A stretch of DNA of 63,995 nt, filler included, from Candidatus Babelota bacterium (lineage in GTDB: Bacteria > JAGOBX01): the NCBI GenBank assembly GCA_017999075.1. It is 11 parts of 11 records of this genome, joined end to end, with 100 filler letters (N's around TTAATTAATTAA, not from the genome) between each part and the next. Parts side by side here need not be neighbours in the genome. Positions count along the whole stretch, not along the records: positions 17,615 to 21,906 come from JAGOBX010000367.1; positions 22,007 to 42,600 come from JAGOBX010000009.1; 9 more parts are not named here. One strand, given 5' to 3'. The notes beneath the pieces were generated by a model that saw nothing but the letters and a program-made list of their open reading frames with translations, was not told the origin of the DNA and did no database searches. The position numbers and the translations under genes were made by a program. Below, piece after piece: positions 18,676 to 28,261 of this stretch (position 1 is its first letter; every line of letters begins with the position of its first letter).

Positions 18676-21297
18676 TTATTTTTTATAAATATTTCCGAAA
18701 TCAGCTATCATATCTTTCATTATAGCAGGCAATATGAATAAAGTGCCTAATCCGGAAATTATCATAATAGCCGTAAGAAAAAAACCTACTGTCTGGTACG
18801 GAACAAGCGGCGATAATAATAACGGCAGAAAACCAAGAGCTATAACTATAATGTTCCTTGTGATTGCAGAAGCAGGTTCATGAAACATTTTTTTGAAAGC
18901 TGTTTCAAAATCTTTTTCGTGTTCAGTAAGATGTTTAAAACGTTCTATAAAATGTATTGAGAAATCAACAGCCATTCCTAAAGTAAGCGATGATAAAATA
19001 GCCACAGGCATATCATAGTCCTTACCTATAAAACCTATTATCCCATAAATGAACCCGATAGTTACAGTTAAAGGTATCATAGACAAAATACCAAACCAGA
19101 TTGAACGGAAAAGAATCATCATCATAATCAGTACCGTAATATATGAGCTGAGCAATGAATTAGTCAGCATTCCAAAAACCATTTTTTCCTGCCAAACAAC
19201 ATTAATATAAGTTTTTCCTGCCCAATTCATTTTTACTGAATAAGGAGATGGATTTTTCGACACAAATTCATTAACTTTATCTATAACGTAAGTCATATCA
19301 GTATTATCGCCTGATTTAAGCTGCACCCATATATTAGCTTTTGAGTAATCAGTATTTATAAAATGCCATAAATCATTTGGCCTATGACTGTTTTGAAATT
19401 GAATCAGGCATTCACCTACTATTTTCGAATTATCGGGAATTTTATAAAATTCAGGTTTACCTCCTCTCAGTTCCTGATGAATTTTTTTCACTATAGTTGC
19501 TACAGAATTTGATTTTCCAACTTTTGTAGTGTTCATAAAATCCTGAAGTTTGTCTATATATTCAAGCATCTCAGGCTGCTTGAACTGAACAGCATATATT
19601 TTTTCATCTTCAAGAAAATATATAAATTCCTCTTGTATCTCGGTTTTTATCGTTCCATTCTTCAGATGAGCATCAATTGAATCTCTCAATCTATCCAAAA
19701 ACATCGGTATTGAATACTGTAATTTTCCGCCTTCTCTGGTTAGTTTATTAATTTCATTTATTACATTAGTATAAGAAACCGTATCAGAAGAATAATTCTT
19801 AAAAAATTCTCCTACCCTCAAATTAAGACTTCCAATATATTTATCAAAATTATCAGGAGTAGTATCAGATTCAAGAACCAGTGATGCCATATAAGTTCCG
19901 CCAAAATGTTCATTCAGTACTTTATCAGCAATTCTTATGTCATGTTTTTTATCAAACCATTTTACAGGATTATCATTAATCCTGATTTTAGTTATCCCTA
20001 TAAACGCAATTACGCTTACAATAAATGTGAAAGTTATTACAATTTTAGAATGTTTGAATGTAATCATACCAAGTTTTTCCAGAATACGGGTCATCAATGA
20101 ATTATTTTCATTTTCTATGCCTGATTCTTTTTTTTTTGTCCCAAAATCAGCAAGAGTTTTTTCACTTATAAACATAACGCTTGCAGGCACAAAAGTTATT
20201 GTTAATATCCATGCAAGCATTATCCCAAAACCTACAAAAAAACCGAATACCTGAACTGGAGGAATCGGAGCTGTTGCAAGAGAAACAAAACCTGCAAAAG
20301 AAGTTAAAGAAGTATAAAGCATCGCAGAAAACAATTCATTCATAACAACCATCATAGTTTTTTTTCTATCTTTATAGATTTGATATTTTTCAAAAAAATC
20401 ACTTATAATATGCACAGAGTCCACTACAGCTATAGGCATTAAAAATATAGCAATCATAGAACTCATTATATGAACAGTATATCCCAGACCTATCATCAAT
20501 CCCATTGAAACTATTATGCTGACTACAGCTACTATCATTGGAGCTATTATCAGTTTTACTTTTCTAAAAAAATAAAACATAAGCAGAAATATAATTAGAC
20601 CTGATAATGGAGCAGCAAATCCCATTTGTTTAAACATTTCAAAACCGAATGTATCTTCAGCAACTGGCAGACCCGTAATATAATATTTTTCATAACCTGC
20701 TGGTTCTTTTTCTATTATTTCTTTTATTTTATTGGATATTTTATAACTTTTATCTTTTTGTGTGATTGGAACATAAATACAAAGAGCTTTACCGTTTTCA
20801 GAAACTATTGTTCCGTCAAGCACAGGATTTGATTTTGCACGTTCTCCTATATTTTTAGCTTCGTTGTCGTCGGCAGGCGGCGCAGACATAAGCCATTCAA
20901 ATTTTATTTCTCCTTCCATTGAACCTTGCCGAATATCGTCAACTGTAGAAGGCGCCATTATTTCAGACGATACTATTGAAGTTTCAGAAGAAGCATAGGA
21001 TTTTATATTTTCAGTTATTCGAAATATTTTTCCTAAAGTTTCCTTATTGAATACTCCTTGAGAGTGATGGTCGTTAACTATTCCTAAAACTATAATATCG
21101 TGCATTGAAAATTCTTTTTTTATCTGCCTGTCAAATATTCTGACAAATTCTGTTTCAGAAAGCATATTTTCAGGATCGGTATCTATTTTCATTTTTGGAA
21201 ATTGAGTTAGCCCTAAAATTGCAATTAATATTGTTAAAAATGTAACAATTCTGTAATGATCAATTGAAAATTCAATAATCCTATTCTTTATATTCAT
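18676..21297 (-). CDS. MMPL family RND transporter
   Basis: Two repeats with large extracytoplasmic loops; IAVVDSVH and GMAVDFSIHF TM4/TM10 motifs. Start chosen at ATG 21297 after an AAGGGG RBS (track start 21324). Confidence 0.9.
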   Translation of the reverse strand: MNIKNRIIEFSIDHYRIVTFLTILIAILGLTQFPKMKIDTDPENMLSETEFVRIFDRQIKKEFSMHDIIVLGIVNDHHSQGVFNKETLGKIFRITENIKSYASSETSIVSSEIMAPSTVDDIRQGSMEGEIKFEWLMSAPPADDNEAKNIGERAKSNPVLDGTIVSENGKALCIYVPITQKDKSYKISNKIKEIIEKEPAGYEKYYITGLPVAEDTFGFEMFKQMGFAAPLSGLIIFLLMFYFFRKVKLIIAPMIVAVVSIIVSMGLMIGLGYTVHIMSSMIAIFLMPIAVVDSVHIISDFFEKYQIYKDRKKTMMVVMNELFSAMLYTSLTSFAGFVSLATAPIPPVQVFGFFVGFGIMLAWILTITFVPASVMFISEKTLADFGTKKKESGIENENNSLMTRILEKLGMITFKHSKIVITFTFIVSVIAFIGITKIRINDNPVKWFDKKHDIRIADKVLNEHFGGTYMASLVLESDTTPDNFDKYIGSLNLRVGEFFKNYSSDTVSYTNVINEINKLTREGGKLQYSIPMFLDRLRDSIDAHLKNGTIKTEIQEEFIYFLEDEKIYAVQFKQPEMLEYIDKLQDFMNTTKVGKSNSVATIVKKIHQELRGGKPEFYKIPDNSKIVGECLIQFQNSHRPNDLWHFINTDYSKANIWVQLKSGDNTDMTYVIDKVNEFVSKNPSPYSVKMNWAGKTYINVVWQEKMVFGMLTNSLLSSYITVLIMMMILFRSIWFGILSMIPLTVTIGFIYGIIGFIGKDYDMPVAILSSLTLGMAVDFSIHFIERFKHLTEHEKDFETAFKKMFHEPASAITRNIIVIALGFLPLLLSPLVPYQTVGFFLTAIMIISGLGTLFILPAIMKDMIADFGNIYKK

Positions 21298-21387
21298 TAT
21301 TTTTCCCCTTGAAATTTTTTTCATTTTTTAAACTTACAGCAAATTTTAAAATTTTATAAAACAAAATAATACCCTAAAAAACAAAAC

Positions 21388-21627
21388 TTATTTTTTTAAT
21401 TCATCAGTCTTTGAGCAGCAGCTGCTATTCCTTTCGTTTTTTTTAAAATAAATAGTTTTGCGTAAAATATCTTCCATAAGACACCATTTTGTAAATGCAG
21501 ATTGCAAAAGATTAAGTCCTACAAAAGCAGTAAAATAATACCAGTTATCATCAATATATTTTCCAAGAATCAATGAAATTAAAATAAATGTTCCTGCTAT
21601 TGCTCTTATAAAATGTTCTAAAGACAT
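21388..21627 (-). CDS. DUF2892 / YgaP-like small membrane protein
   Basis: IRAIAG...FVGLNLLQSAFTKWCLME motif; ATG at 21627 after CAGGAG; C-terminal SSCCS. Confidence 0.85.
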   Translation of the reverse strand: MSLEHFIRAIAGTFILISLILGKYIDDNWYYFTAFVGLNLLQSAFTKWCLMEDILRKTIYFKKNERNSSCCSKTDELKK

Positions 21628-21674
21628 AATAATTATCAACTCCTGTGTCAATTTAAAAAATATTTCTTACAGTT

Positions 21675-21906
21675 TCAAACAGTTTCTGCAACTGCCATCA
21701 GCATCTTACGAATATCATCGTTGCTGAGAAAATAACAAATCTGATTCCCTGTTCTTTCTCCTGAAATAACCTTGCAGTTCTTTAATATTGTCAAATGCTG
21801 GGAAACAGAAGGCTGCGGAATCCCAAGTTTCTCAGACATAGTATTGACATTACAGTTTTTTTTATGTAAAAGCCCCATAACTATTTGAAGCCTTAAAGGA
21901 TGTGCT
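21675..21906 (-). CDS. ArsR/SmtB family transcriptional regulator, 5'-truncated
   Basis: AHPLRLQIV (open frame to the contig edge), HTH PQPSVSQHLTILK, ERTGNQICY. Confidence 0.9.
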
Positions 21907-22006
21907 NNNNNNNNNNNNNNNNNNNNNNNNNNNNNNNNNNNNNNNNNNNNTTAATTAATTAANNNNNNNNNNNNNNNNNNNNNNNNNNNNNNNNNNNNNN
22001 NNNNNN
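21907..22006. other. Artificial contig linker
   Basis: N44-TTAATTAATTAA-N44. Confidence 0.99.
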
Positions 22007-22017
22007 GGATATGATAG

Positions 22018-22299
22018 ATGGCGCGTTCGTTAAAAAAAGGACCATTTGTTGACGATCATTTGATGAAGAAAGTAGATAGTATATTGAAGTCCGGAAAAAA
22101 AGAAGCAATCAAAACGTGGTCAAGAAGATCAACAATATTACCTGAATTTGTCGGATTAAATTTTACAGTTCATAATGGGAAAAAATTTATCCCTATTTAT
22201 ATAACAGAACAAATGGTTGGACACAAATTTGGCGAATTTGCACCAACTCGTACCTTTAAGGGACACAGGAAAACTGAAAAAGCGGCAAAAGCGGTTTGA
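22018..22299 (+). CDS. rpsS: 30S ribosomal protein S19
   Basis: [12 protein letters not shown]...[11 protein letters not shown]. Confidence 0.98.
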   Translation: MARSLKKGPFVDDHLMKKVDSILKSGKKEAIKTWSRRSTILPEFVGLNFTVHNGKKFIPIYITEQMVGHKFGEFAPTRTFKGHRKTEKAAKAV

Positions 22300-22335
22300 T
22301 AAAAAAATTGAATTATTGAGGAGTATGACAGAATT

Positions 22336-22671
22336 ATGGAAGCATATGCGATTGCGAAACATATCAGAATGTCGGCATATAAAGTAAGAAGAATACTTGC
22401 TTTGATACGTAAAAAAGATGCATTGGAATCTAAAAATATATTGAAATATGTACCGGGAGCAGCGTCTCCGAGAATATTAAAAGTTTTAAATTCTGCAGTA
22501 GCAAATTTAAAACAGAAGAACACTACTTTGAGAGACGAAGATATAACGGTTAAGACAGCGGTTGCAGATGAAGGTCAATCTATAAGAAGAATTATATCTA
22601 GATCACAGGGAAGAGCAGAACAGATAAAAAAAAGAACTTGTCACATTAAAATAGTTGTAAGCAACGATTAA
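22336..22671 (+). CDS. rplV: 50S ribosomal protein L22
   Basis: SAVAN, RSQGRA..IKKRTCHI; operon position. Confidence 0.97.
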   Translation: MEAYAIAKHIRMSAYKVRRILALIRKKDALESKNILKYVPGAASPRILKVLNSAVANLKQKNTTLRDEDITVKTAVADEGQSIRRIISRSQGRAEQIKKRTCHIKIVVSND

Positions 22672-22691
22672 TTTTTGGAGGTTAAAACAAT

Positions 22692-23348
22692 ATGGGTCAG
22701 AAAGTACATCCCAAAGGACTTAGATTGAAAATAGTAGAAGACTGGGATGCAAAATGGTTTGCAAAAGGAAAGTCGTATACAGAAAAACTTAGTGAAGACA
22801 TGAAAATATATAATTTTATAAAAAAAGAATTATATAATGCATGTATTTCTAAAATTTCTATTGAACGTTATTCGAAACGTGTTAAAATAATAATACATAC
22901 ATCACGTCCAGCTGTTATAATAGGACCTAAAGGGGTAAACAAAGAGCGTTTAGAAGAAAAATTAAAAAAATTTTTAAAACGTGATGATATAACGTTATTC
23001 ATTCATGATATAAAAAATCCTGAAATAGTTGCGCAGCTTGTTGCAGAGCGTATAGCTGAACAATTGGAAAAACGCGTTTCATTTAGAAGAGCCATGAAAA
23101 AATCAATAGAATTAGCTCAGAAAAAAGGAGCTAAGGGTATAAAAGTTCAATGTTCGGGACGCCTTGCAGGAGCAGATATGGCGAGGACTGAATGGTATCT
23201 TGAAGGAAGAGTACCTCTTCATACATTACGCGCCCAGATAGATTACGGATATGCAATAGCTAATACCAAAGTTGGCAAAACAGGCGTAAAGGTTTGGATA
23301 TTTACAGGTGAAATATTGAAAGGCGACGATGCTGCAATCGAAATATAA
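22692..23348 (+). CDS. rpsC: 30S ribosomal protein S3
   Basis: MGQKVHP, GRVPLHTLRA.IDY, GVKVWI. Confidence 0.98.
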   Translation: MGQKVHPKGLRLKIVEDWDAKWFAKGKSYTEKLSEDMKIYNFIKKELYNACISKISIERYSKRVKIIIHTSRPAVIIGPKGVNKERLEEKLKKFLKRDDITLFIHDIKNPEIVAQLVAERIAEQLEKRVSFRRAMKKSIELAQKKGAKGIKVQCSGRLAGADMARTEWYLEGRVPLHTLRAQIDYGYAIANTKVGKTGVKVWIFTGEILKGDDAAIEI

Positions 23349-23440
23349 TGTGGTTGTAGTAATTAAATAATATACGCTTATTTTTTATTGAATAAAAAGC
23401 GTATTGATTAAAAAATAAAATTCAGGGAGAAAAAATAGTT

Positions 23441-23863
23441 ATGTTAATGCCGAGCAGATCGAAATTCAGAAAACAGCAAAAAGGAAGGATGAATGGGAAA
23501 GCCACATCAGGTAATAAGCTTGTATTTGGAGAATACGGATTGAAAGCTGAAGAACCGGCATGGATAACCAGCCGTCAGATAGAAGCTGCCCGTGTAGCTT
23601 TAACAAGATATATTAAACGAACCGGGAAAGTATGGATTCGGATATTTCCTGATAAACCAATAACTAAAAAACCACCTGAGACCAGAATGGGAAAAGGAAA
23701 AGGCGCTCCAGAATATTGGGTGGCTGTAGTAAAACCTGGAAGAATAATGTTTGAGATCGGCGGAGTATCAGAAGCTGAAGCTAAAGAAGGAATGAGATTG
23801 GCTGCGCATAAATTACCAATTCATACGAAATTTGTAAAATTAAATCAAGAGGTTATAATGTAA
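23441..23863 (+). CDS. rplP: 50S ribosomal protein L16
   Basis: [23 protein letters not shown]. Confidence 0.98.
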   Translation: MLMPSRSKFRKQQKGRMNGKATSGNKLVFGEYGLKAEEPAWITSRQIEAARVALTRYIKRTGKVWIRIFPDKPITKKPPETRMGKGKGAPEYWVAVVKPGRIMFEIGGVSEAEAKEGMRLAAHKLPIHTKFVKLNQEVIM

Positions 23864-24057
23864 TGAAGTCGAGTGAATTTAAGCAATATAACGAAGTTGA
23901 ATTAAATAAAAAAATCAGTGAGAGTGAAGAAGAATTGTTCAATTTGCGCTTTAAACGCACGTTATCACCATTAGATGATCCTAAACGTATAAAAGTATTA
24001 AAAAAAAATATAGCGCGGATGAAAACATTATTAAATGAAAAGAAAAGAGGTAGTTAA
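23863..24057 (+). CDS. rpmC: 50S ribosomal protein L29
   Basis: EELFNLRF, KKNIARMKT; operon position. Confidence 0.95.
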   Translation: MKSSEFKQYNEVELNKKISESEEELFNLRFKRTLSPLDDPKRIKVLKKNIARMKTLLNEKKRGS

Positions 24058-24060
24058 AAA

Positions 24061-24330
24061 ATGAGCGAACATAGCAATAACCGTAAGATAAGAGAAGGAA
24101 TAGTTGTAAGTGATAAGATGACCGGCTCTGTAGTAGTTTTAGTAGAACGGAAAGTAAGAGAACCATTGTATAAAAAAATTGTAAAAAAATCAAAAAAATA
24201 TATGGTTGATAATAAGAAAAAAGAAGCGGAATACGGTGATTTTGTAGAAATAATTGAAACAAAACCTTTGTCTAAAAACAAATGTTGGCGTGTCAATAAA
24301 ATACTGAAAAAAGCTAAAAAAGGTGAATAA
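24061..24330 (+). CDS. rpsQ: 30S ribosomal protein S17
   Basis: [19 protein letters not shown]. Confidence 0.97.
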   Translation: MSEHSNNRKIREGIVVSDKMTGSVVVLVERKVREPLYKKIVKKSKKYMVDNKKKEAEYGDFVEIIETKPLSKNKCWRVNKILKKAKKGE

Positions 24331-24332
24331 TT

Positions 24333-24701
24333 ATGATTCAACAGCAAAGTGTGTTAAATGTTGCCGATAATTCCGGCGCAAAGAAAATTTTGTGTATACG
24401 AGCATTAGGCGGATCAACGCGCAGATATGCATATGTAGGGGATATAATCGTTGCTGCAGTTAAAGAAGCTGATACAAATGGAACGGTTAAAAAGGGTGAA
24501 GTAGTAAAAGCTGTAGTGGTAAGGACCCGTAAAGCAATAAAAAGAAAAGACGGATCATATATAAAATTTGACGATAATTCTGCTGTAATAATAAATCCGC
24601 AGCGGGAACCGATAGGCACTCGTATATTCGGACCGGTAGCTAGAGAATTGAGAATGAAAAATTTTATGAAAATAATATCGTTAGCACCGGAAGTTTTATA
24701 A
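24333..24701 (+). CDS. rplN: 50S ribosomal protein L14
   Basis: [26 protein letters not shown]. Confidence 0.98.
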   Translation: MIQQQSVLNVADNSGAKKILCIRALGGSTRRYAYVGDIIVAAVKEADTNGTVKKGEVVKAVVVRTRKAIKRKDGSYIKFDDNSAVIINPQREPIGTRIFGPVARELRMKNFMKIISLAPEVL

Positions 24702-24735
24702 TATAAAAGTCAAAAAAATCAATGAGGTAAAAAAA

Positions 24736-25056
24736 ATGCAATTGATAAAAAAAGATGATATAGTAAAAGTAATATCAGGGAACCATAAGGGAAAACAAGG
24801 GAAAGTTTTAAAAATATTAAAAGAAAATGATAGAATAATAGTAGAAAAAATTAATTTGATGAAAAAACATACAAAGCCGAATAAAAAATCTCAAAGTACT
24901 GGCGGTATAGTAGAAAGTGAAGGAAGCATTCATATATCTAATGTAAAATTATTATGTCCGAGATGTAATGTTCCGACCAAAGTTCAAATCAGCAAACTTG
25001 ACGATAATAAGAAAGTAAGAACATGTAAAAAATGCAAAGAAGTTATAGATAAATAA
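24736..25056 (+). CDS. rplX: 50S ribosomal protein L24
   Basis: KOW motif VISGNHKGKQGKV, IHISNV. Confidence 0.97.
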   Translation: MQLIKKDDIVKVISGNHKGKQGKVLKILKENDRIIVEKINLMKKHTKPNKKSQSTGGIVESEGSIHISNVKLLCPRCNVPTKVQISKLDDNKKVRTCKKCKEVIDK

Positions 25057-25077
25057 ATTTGAGAGGTTAGAAGTAAT

Positions 25078-25626
25078 ATGTATATACCAAGAATAAAGCA
25101 GTTATATAAAGAACAGGTGATTTCTGGGTTAAAAGAAAAATTTTCTTATAAAAATGTAAATGAAGCTCCAAAACTTGTAAAAATTGTATTAAATATGGGT
25201 TTAGGGAAAGCAATACAGGATTCAAAAGTAATGGATGAAGCTGTAGAAGAATTAACAAAGATTGCAGGGCAAAAACCTGTAATAACCAAATCAAAGAAAG
25301 CCATATCAAATTTTAAATTGCGTGAGAATATAAATATAGGATGTATGGTAACGTTAAGGAATAATAGAATGTATGAATTTTTTGACAGGCTTGTAAATAT
25401 AGCTTTGCCAAGAGTTCGAGATTTTAGAGGAGTATTGCCGAAATCATTTGACGGTAAAGGCAATTATTCGCTGGGAATAAAAGATCATACAATATTTCCT
25501 GAAATAAATGCGGATAAAATCCGTGTTTATAAAGGCATGGACATAACGATAGTAACAACAGCCAAAAGTGATGATGAAGCATTGGAATTATTAAAGTTAT
25601 TAGGTATGCCGTTCAGAAAAAATTAA
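25078..25626 (+). CDS. rplE: 50S ribosomal protein L5
   Basis: [20 protein letters not shown]. Confidence 0.98.
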   Translation: MYIPRIKQLYKEQVISGLKEKFSYKNVNEAPKLVKIVLNMGLGKAIQDSKVMDEAVEELTKIAGQKPVITKSKKAISNFKLRENINIGCMVTLRNNRMYEFFDRLVNIALPRVRDFRGVLPKSFDGKGNYSLGIKDHTIFPEINADKIRVYKGMDITIVTTAKSDDEALELLKLLGMPFRKN

Positions 25627-25645
25627 TAAAAAGGAGAGATAGAAC

Positions 25646-25831
25646 TTGGCAAAGAAATCAATGGTAGAAAAACAAAGAAGAACGCCTAAATATAAAGTAA
25701 GAAAATACAACAGGTGTTCAATATGCGGTCGTTCGCGCGGGTATTACCGAGTGTTCGGATTATGCAGAATATGTTTTAGAAATCTTGCGCATGAAGGCAA
25801 ATTGCCCGGCGTGGTAAAATCATCTTGGTAA
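25646..25831 (+). CDS. rpsN: 30S ribosomal protein S14, zinc-binding type Z
   Basis: RCSICGRSR...LCRICFR...[12 protein letters not shown] start. Confidence 0.97.
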   Translation: MAKKSMVEKQRRTPKYKVRKYNRCSICGRSRGYYRVFGLCRICFRNLAHEGKLPGVVKSSW

Positions 25832-25855
25832 ATTTTGATAACGAGGGGAGTATAA

Positions 25856-26260
25856 ATGAGTGTATTAGATCCGATTTCCGATTTATTGACGCGAATAAAA
25901 AACGCTAATAATATTTGCGCAAAAGACGTAAGAGTAAGTTATTCAAAACTAAAATTAAGTATTTGCGAAGTATTAAAAAATGAAGGATATATTTATTCAG
26001 TAAGAAAAGTTCAGCAGGAAAATTCATCCAAACTGGATTTAATTATTGAATTGAAATATGGCGCTAACAAAGAAAAAGTTATACATGGATTAAAACAAAT
26101 AAGTAAACGTGGTTGTCGTACATATGTATCAAAAGACGAAATTCCATATGTTATGGGCGGTTATGGAATAGCAGTACTTACAACGTCAAAGGGAGTTATG
26201 TCAGATAGGGCAGCCAGGAAAACAGGTGTTGGCGGAGAAATAATTTGTTATTGTTGGTAA
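25856..26260 (+). CDS. rpsH: 30S ribosomal protein S8
   Basis: DPISDLLTRIKNA, TSKGVMSD, GGEIICY.W. Confidence 0.97.
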   Translation: MSVLDPISDLLTRIKNANNICAKDVRVSYSKLKLSICEVLKNEGYIYSVRKVQQENSSKLDLIIELKYGANKEKVIHGLKQISKRGCRTYVSKDEIPYVMGGYGIAVLTTSKGVMSDRAARKTGVGGEIICYCW

Positions 26261-26306
26261 AATAATAAGAAAAAATAATTAGAAAATTGAGGCAGGTAAC
26301 AGAGAT

Positions 26307-26849
26307 ATGTCGAGAATAGGAAAGAAACCGGTAACAATACCGAAAAATATTAAAGCAAAAATAGAAAATAACCGAATTATTATAGAGGGGCCAAAAGGCA
26401 GATTAGAACGTGAAATAATAAACGGATTAGAAATAAAGATTGATAACAATCAAATAGTGATAAGCAGAAATTCAGAATCTAAAAAAATACGGGAATCACA
26501 TGGATTATTAAGGGCACTGATAGCCAATATGATAACAGGAGTAGAAAAAGGGATAGAAAAACGTCTTGAAATAGTAGGTGTAGGTTATAAGGTAATTGTA
26601 GAAGGAAAAAATTTAAAATTTCAATTAGGTTTTTCACATCCTGTAGTAATTGAACCTCCAGAGGGAATAACATTTGGAGCAGAAGGAAATAATATAGTAA
26701 TAATATCTGGCATAGATAAAGATAAAGTTGGTTTAGCAGCAGCGAAAATTAAGGAATTGAGACCGGTAGAACCTTATAAAGGAAAAGGCTTGAGGTACGT
26801 TGGTCAGCAGGTTAAAATTAAACCCGGAAAAACCGGTAAAACTGCATAA
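26307..26849 (+). CDS. rplF: 50S ribosomal protein L6
   Basis: MSRIGKKPV, LGFSHP, EPYKGKG. Confidence 0.98.
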   Translation: MSRIGKKPVTIPKNIKAKIENNRIIIEGPKGRLEREIINGLEIKIDNNQIVISRNSESKKIRESHGLLRALIANMITGVEKGIEKRLEIVGVGYKVIVEGKNLKFQLGFSHPVVIEPPEGITFGAEGNNIVIISGIDKDKVGLAAAKIKELRPVEPYKGKGLRYVGQQVKIKPGKTGKTA

Positions 26850-26871
26850 TTGTTAGGAGGCGTCTAAAAAG

Positions 26872-27240
26872 ATGATAAAGATCAAAGAAAGAAAAAAAAT
26901 AAAGGGATTAAAACATAAATCAATAAGAAAGAAAATTTTCGGGACAAGTGAAAAACCGAGAATGTCCGTATATAGAAGTTTAAAAAATATATATGTTCAA
27001 TTAATTGATGATGAAAAAGAAAAGACATTATTAAGTTGTTCTACTCTTGAAAAAAATATCCGTGAAAAATTGAATTATGGCGGAAATGTTAAAGCAGCAA
27101 AAGTAATAGGTGAAGAGGTAGCTAAACGTGCGTTAAGTGCGGGCATATCAAAAGTGGTATTTGACAGGGGCGGATTAAAGTTTCATGGAAGAATAAAAGA
27201 ATTAGCTGAATCGGCAAGAACAGCTGGTTTAAAATTTTAA
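26872..27240 (+). CDS. rplR: 50S ribosomal protein L18
   Basis: [25 protein letters not shown]. Confidence 0.97.
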   Translation: MIKIKERKKIKGLKHKSIRKKIFGTSEKPRMSVYRSLKNIYVQLIDDEKEKTLLSCSTLEKNIREKLNYGGNVKAAKVIGEEVAKRALSAGISKVVFDRGGLKFHGRIKELAESARTAGLKF

Positions 27241-27276
27241 ACTCAATATAATCTTAAGTATAAGGAGCAAATAATC

Positions 27277-27771
27277 TTGGAAACTAAAAGAGAAAATGCG
27301 GTAAAAGAATTTCACGAAACTGTAATAAATATTCGGCGTGTTGCAAAGGTTGTTAAAGGCGGACGCCGTTTTAGTTTCAGCACAATGGTAGTAGTAGGAG
27401 ATGGAAAAGGCAAAGTAGGTCTTGGCATAGGAAAATCAAAGGAAGTATCGTCATCGATATTAAAAGCCGTACAAAGTGCCAAAAAAAGTATGATAATGAT
27501 TCCATTTATAGAAACAGGCACAATACCTTATACAATAATAGGCAAATACGGCGCAGGAAGAGTGTTAATGAAACCTGCTTCAGAAGGTACAGGAGTAATA
27601 GCAGGCGGAGCTGTGCGAGCAGTTGTTGAAGCTGCTGGAATAAAAAACATATTATCTAAATCATTGGGTTCTGATAATTCAATAAATATTGCAAAAGCTA
27701 CATTTAATGCTTTAAGGCAATTATTGAGTCCTGAAAAAATCAAAGAATTAAAAGAAAACAATAAAAAATAA
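27277..27771 (+). CDS. rpsE: 30S ribosomal protein S5
   Basis: [32 protein letters not shown]. Confidence 0.98.
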   Translation: METKRENAVKEFHETVINIRRVAKVVKGGRRFSFSTMVVVGDGKGKVGLGIGKSKEVSSSILKAVQSAKKSMIMIPFIETGTIPYTIIGKYGAGRVLMKPASEGTGVIAGGAVRAVVEAAGIKNILSKSLGSDNSINIAKATFNALRQLLSPEKIKELKENNKK

Positions 27772-27818
27772 ATATTAAAATTAATTTATAAATTTGCATA
27801 ATCTGGGAGTTATAAAAA

Positions 27819-28259
27819 ATGAAATTGAACGATTTGAAACCGGCTGCCGGTTCTAAGAAAAAGAAAAAAATTGTCGGTCGCGGTGTAGGTTCAAGAGGCG
27901 CGTTTTCCGGAAAAGGCATGAATGGTCAGTTAGCGAGATCAGGCGGTGGAAAATCTGCTGCATTTGAAGGCGGTCAAATGCCTTTACATAGACGTCTTCC
28001 AAAACGCGGATTCAATAATTTTTTGTTCAGGATTGAATACAGTGTAATAAATATCAGTGATATAGCTCGTTTTAATGTAGACGCTGTAGATATTGAATAT
28101 TTAAAATCAGTAGGATATTTATCTAATAAAAACGCTAAAGTAAAATTACTGGGCAAAGGTGAAATTTCTAAACCAGTAAAAGTTAAAGTTCATAAGGCAT
28201 CAGCCTCGGCAATTGAAAAAATAAAAAAAGCCGGCGGCATCGTAGAGGCGATAGATTAA
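27819..28259 (+). CDS. rplO: 50S ribosomal protein L15
   Basis: GRGVGS, FEGGQMPLHRRLPKRGF, KIKKAGG. Confidence 0.98.
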   Translation: MKLNDLKPAAGSKKKKKIVGRGVGSRGAFSGKGMNGQLARSGGGKSAAFEGGQMPLHRRLPKRGFNNFLFRIEYSVINISDIARFNVDAVDIEYLKSVGYLSNKNAKVKLLGKGEISKPVKVKVHKASASAIEKIKKAGGIVEAID

Positions 28260-28261
28260 TT

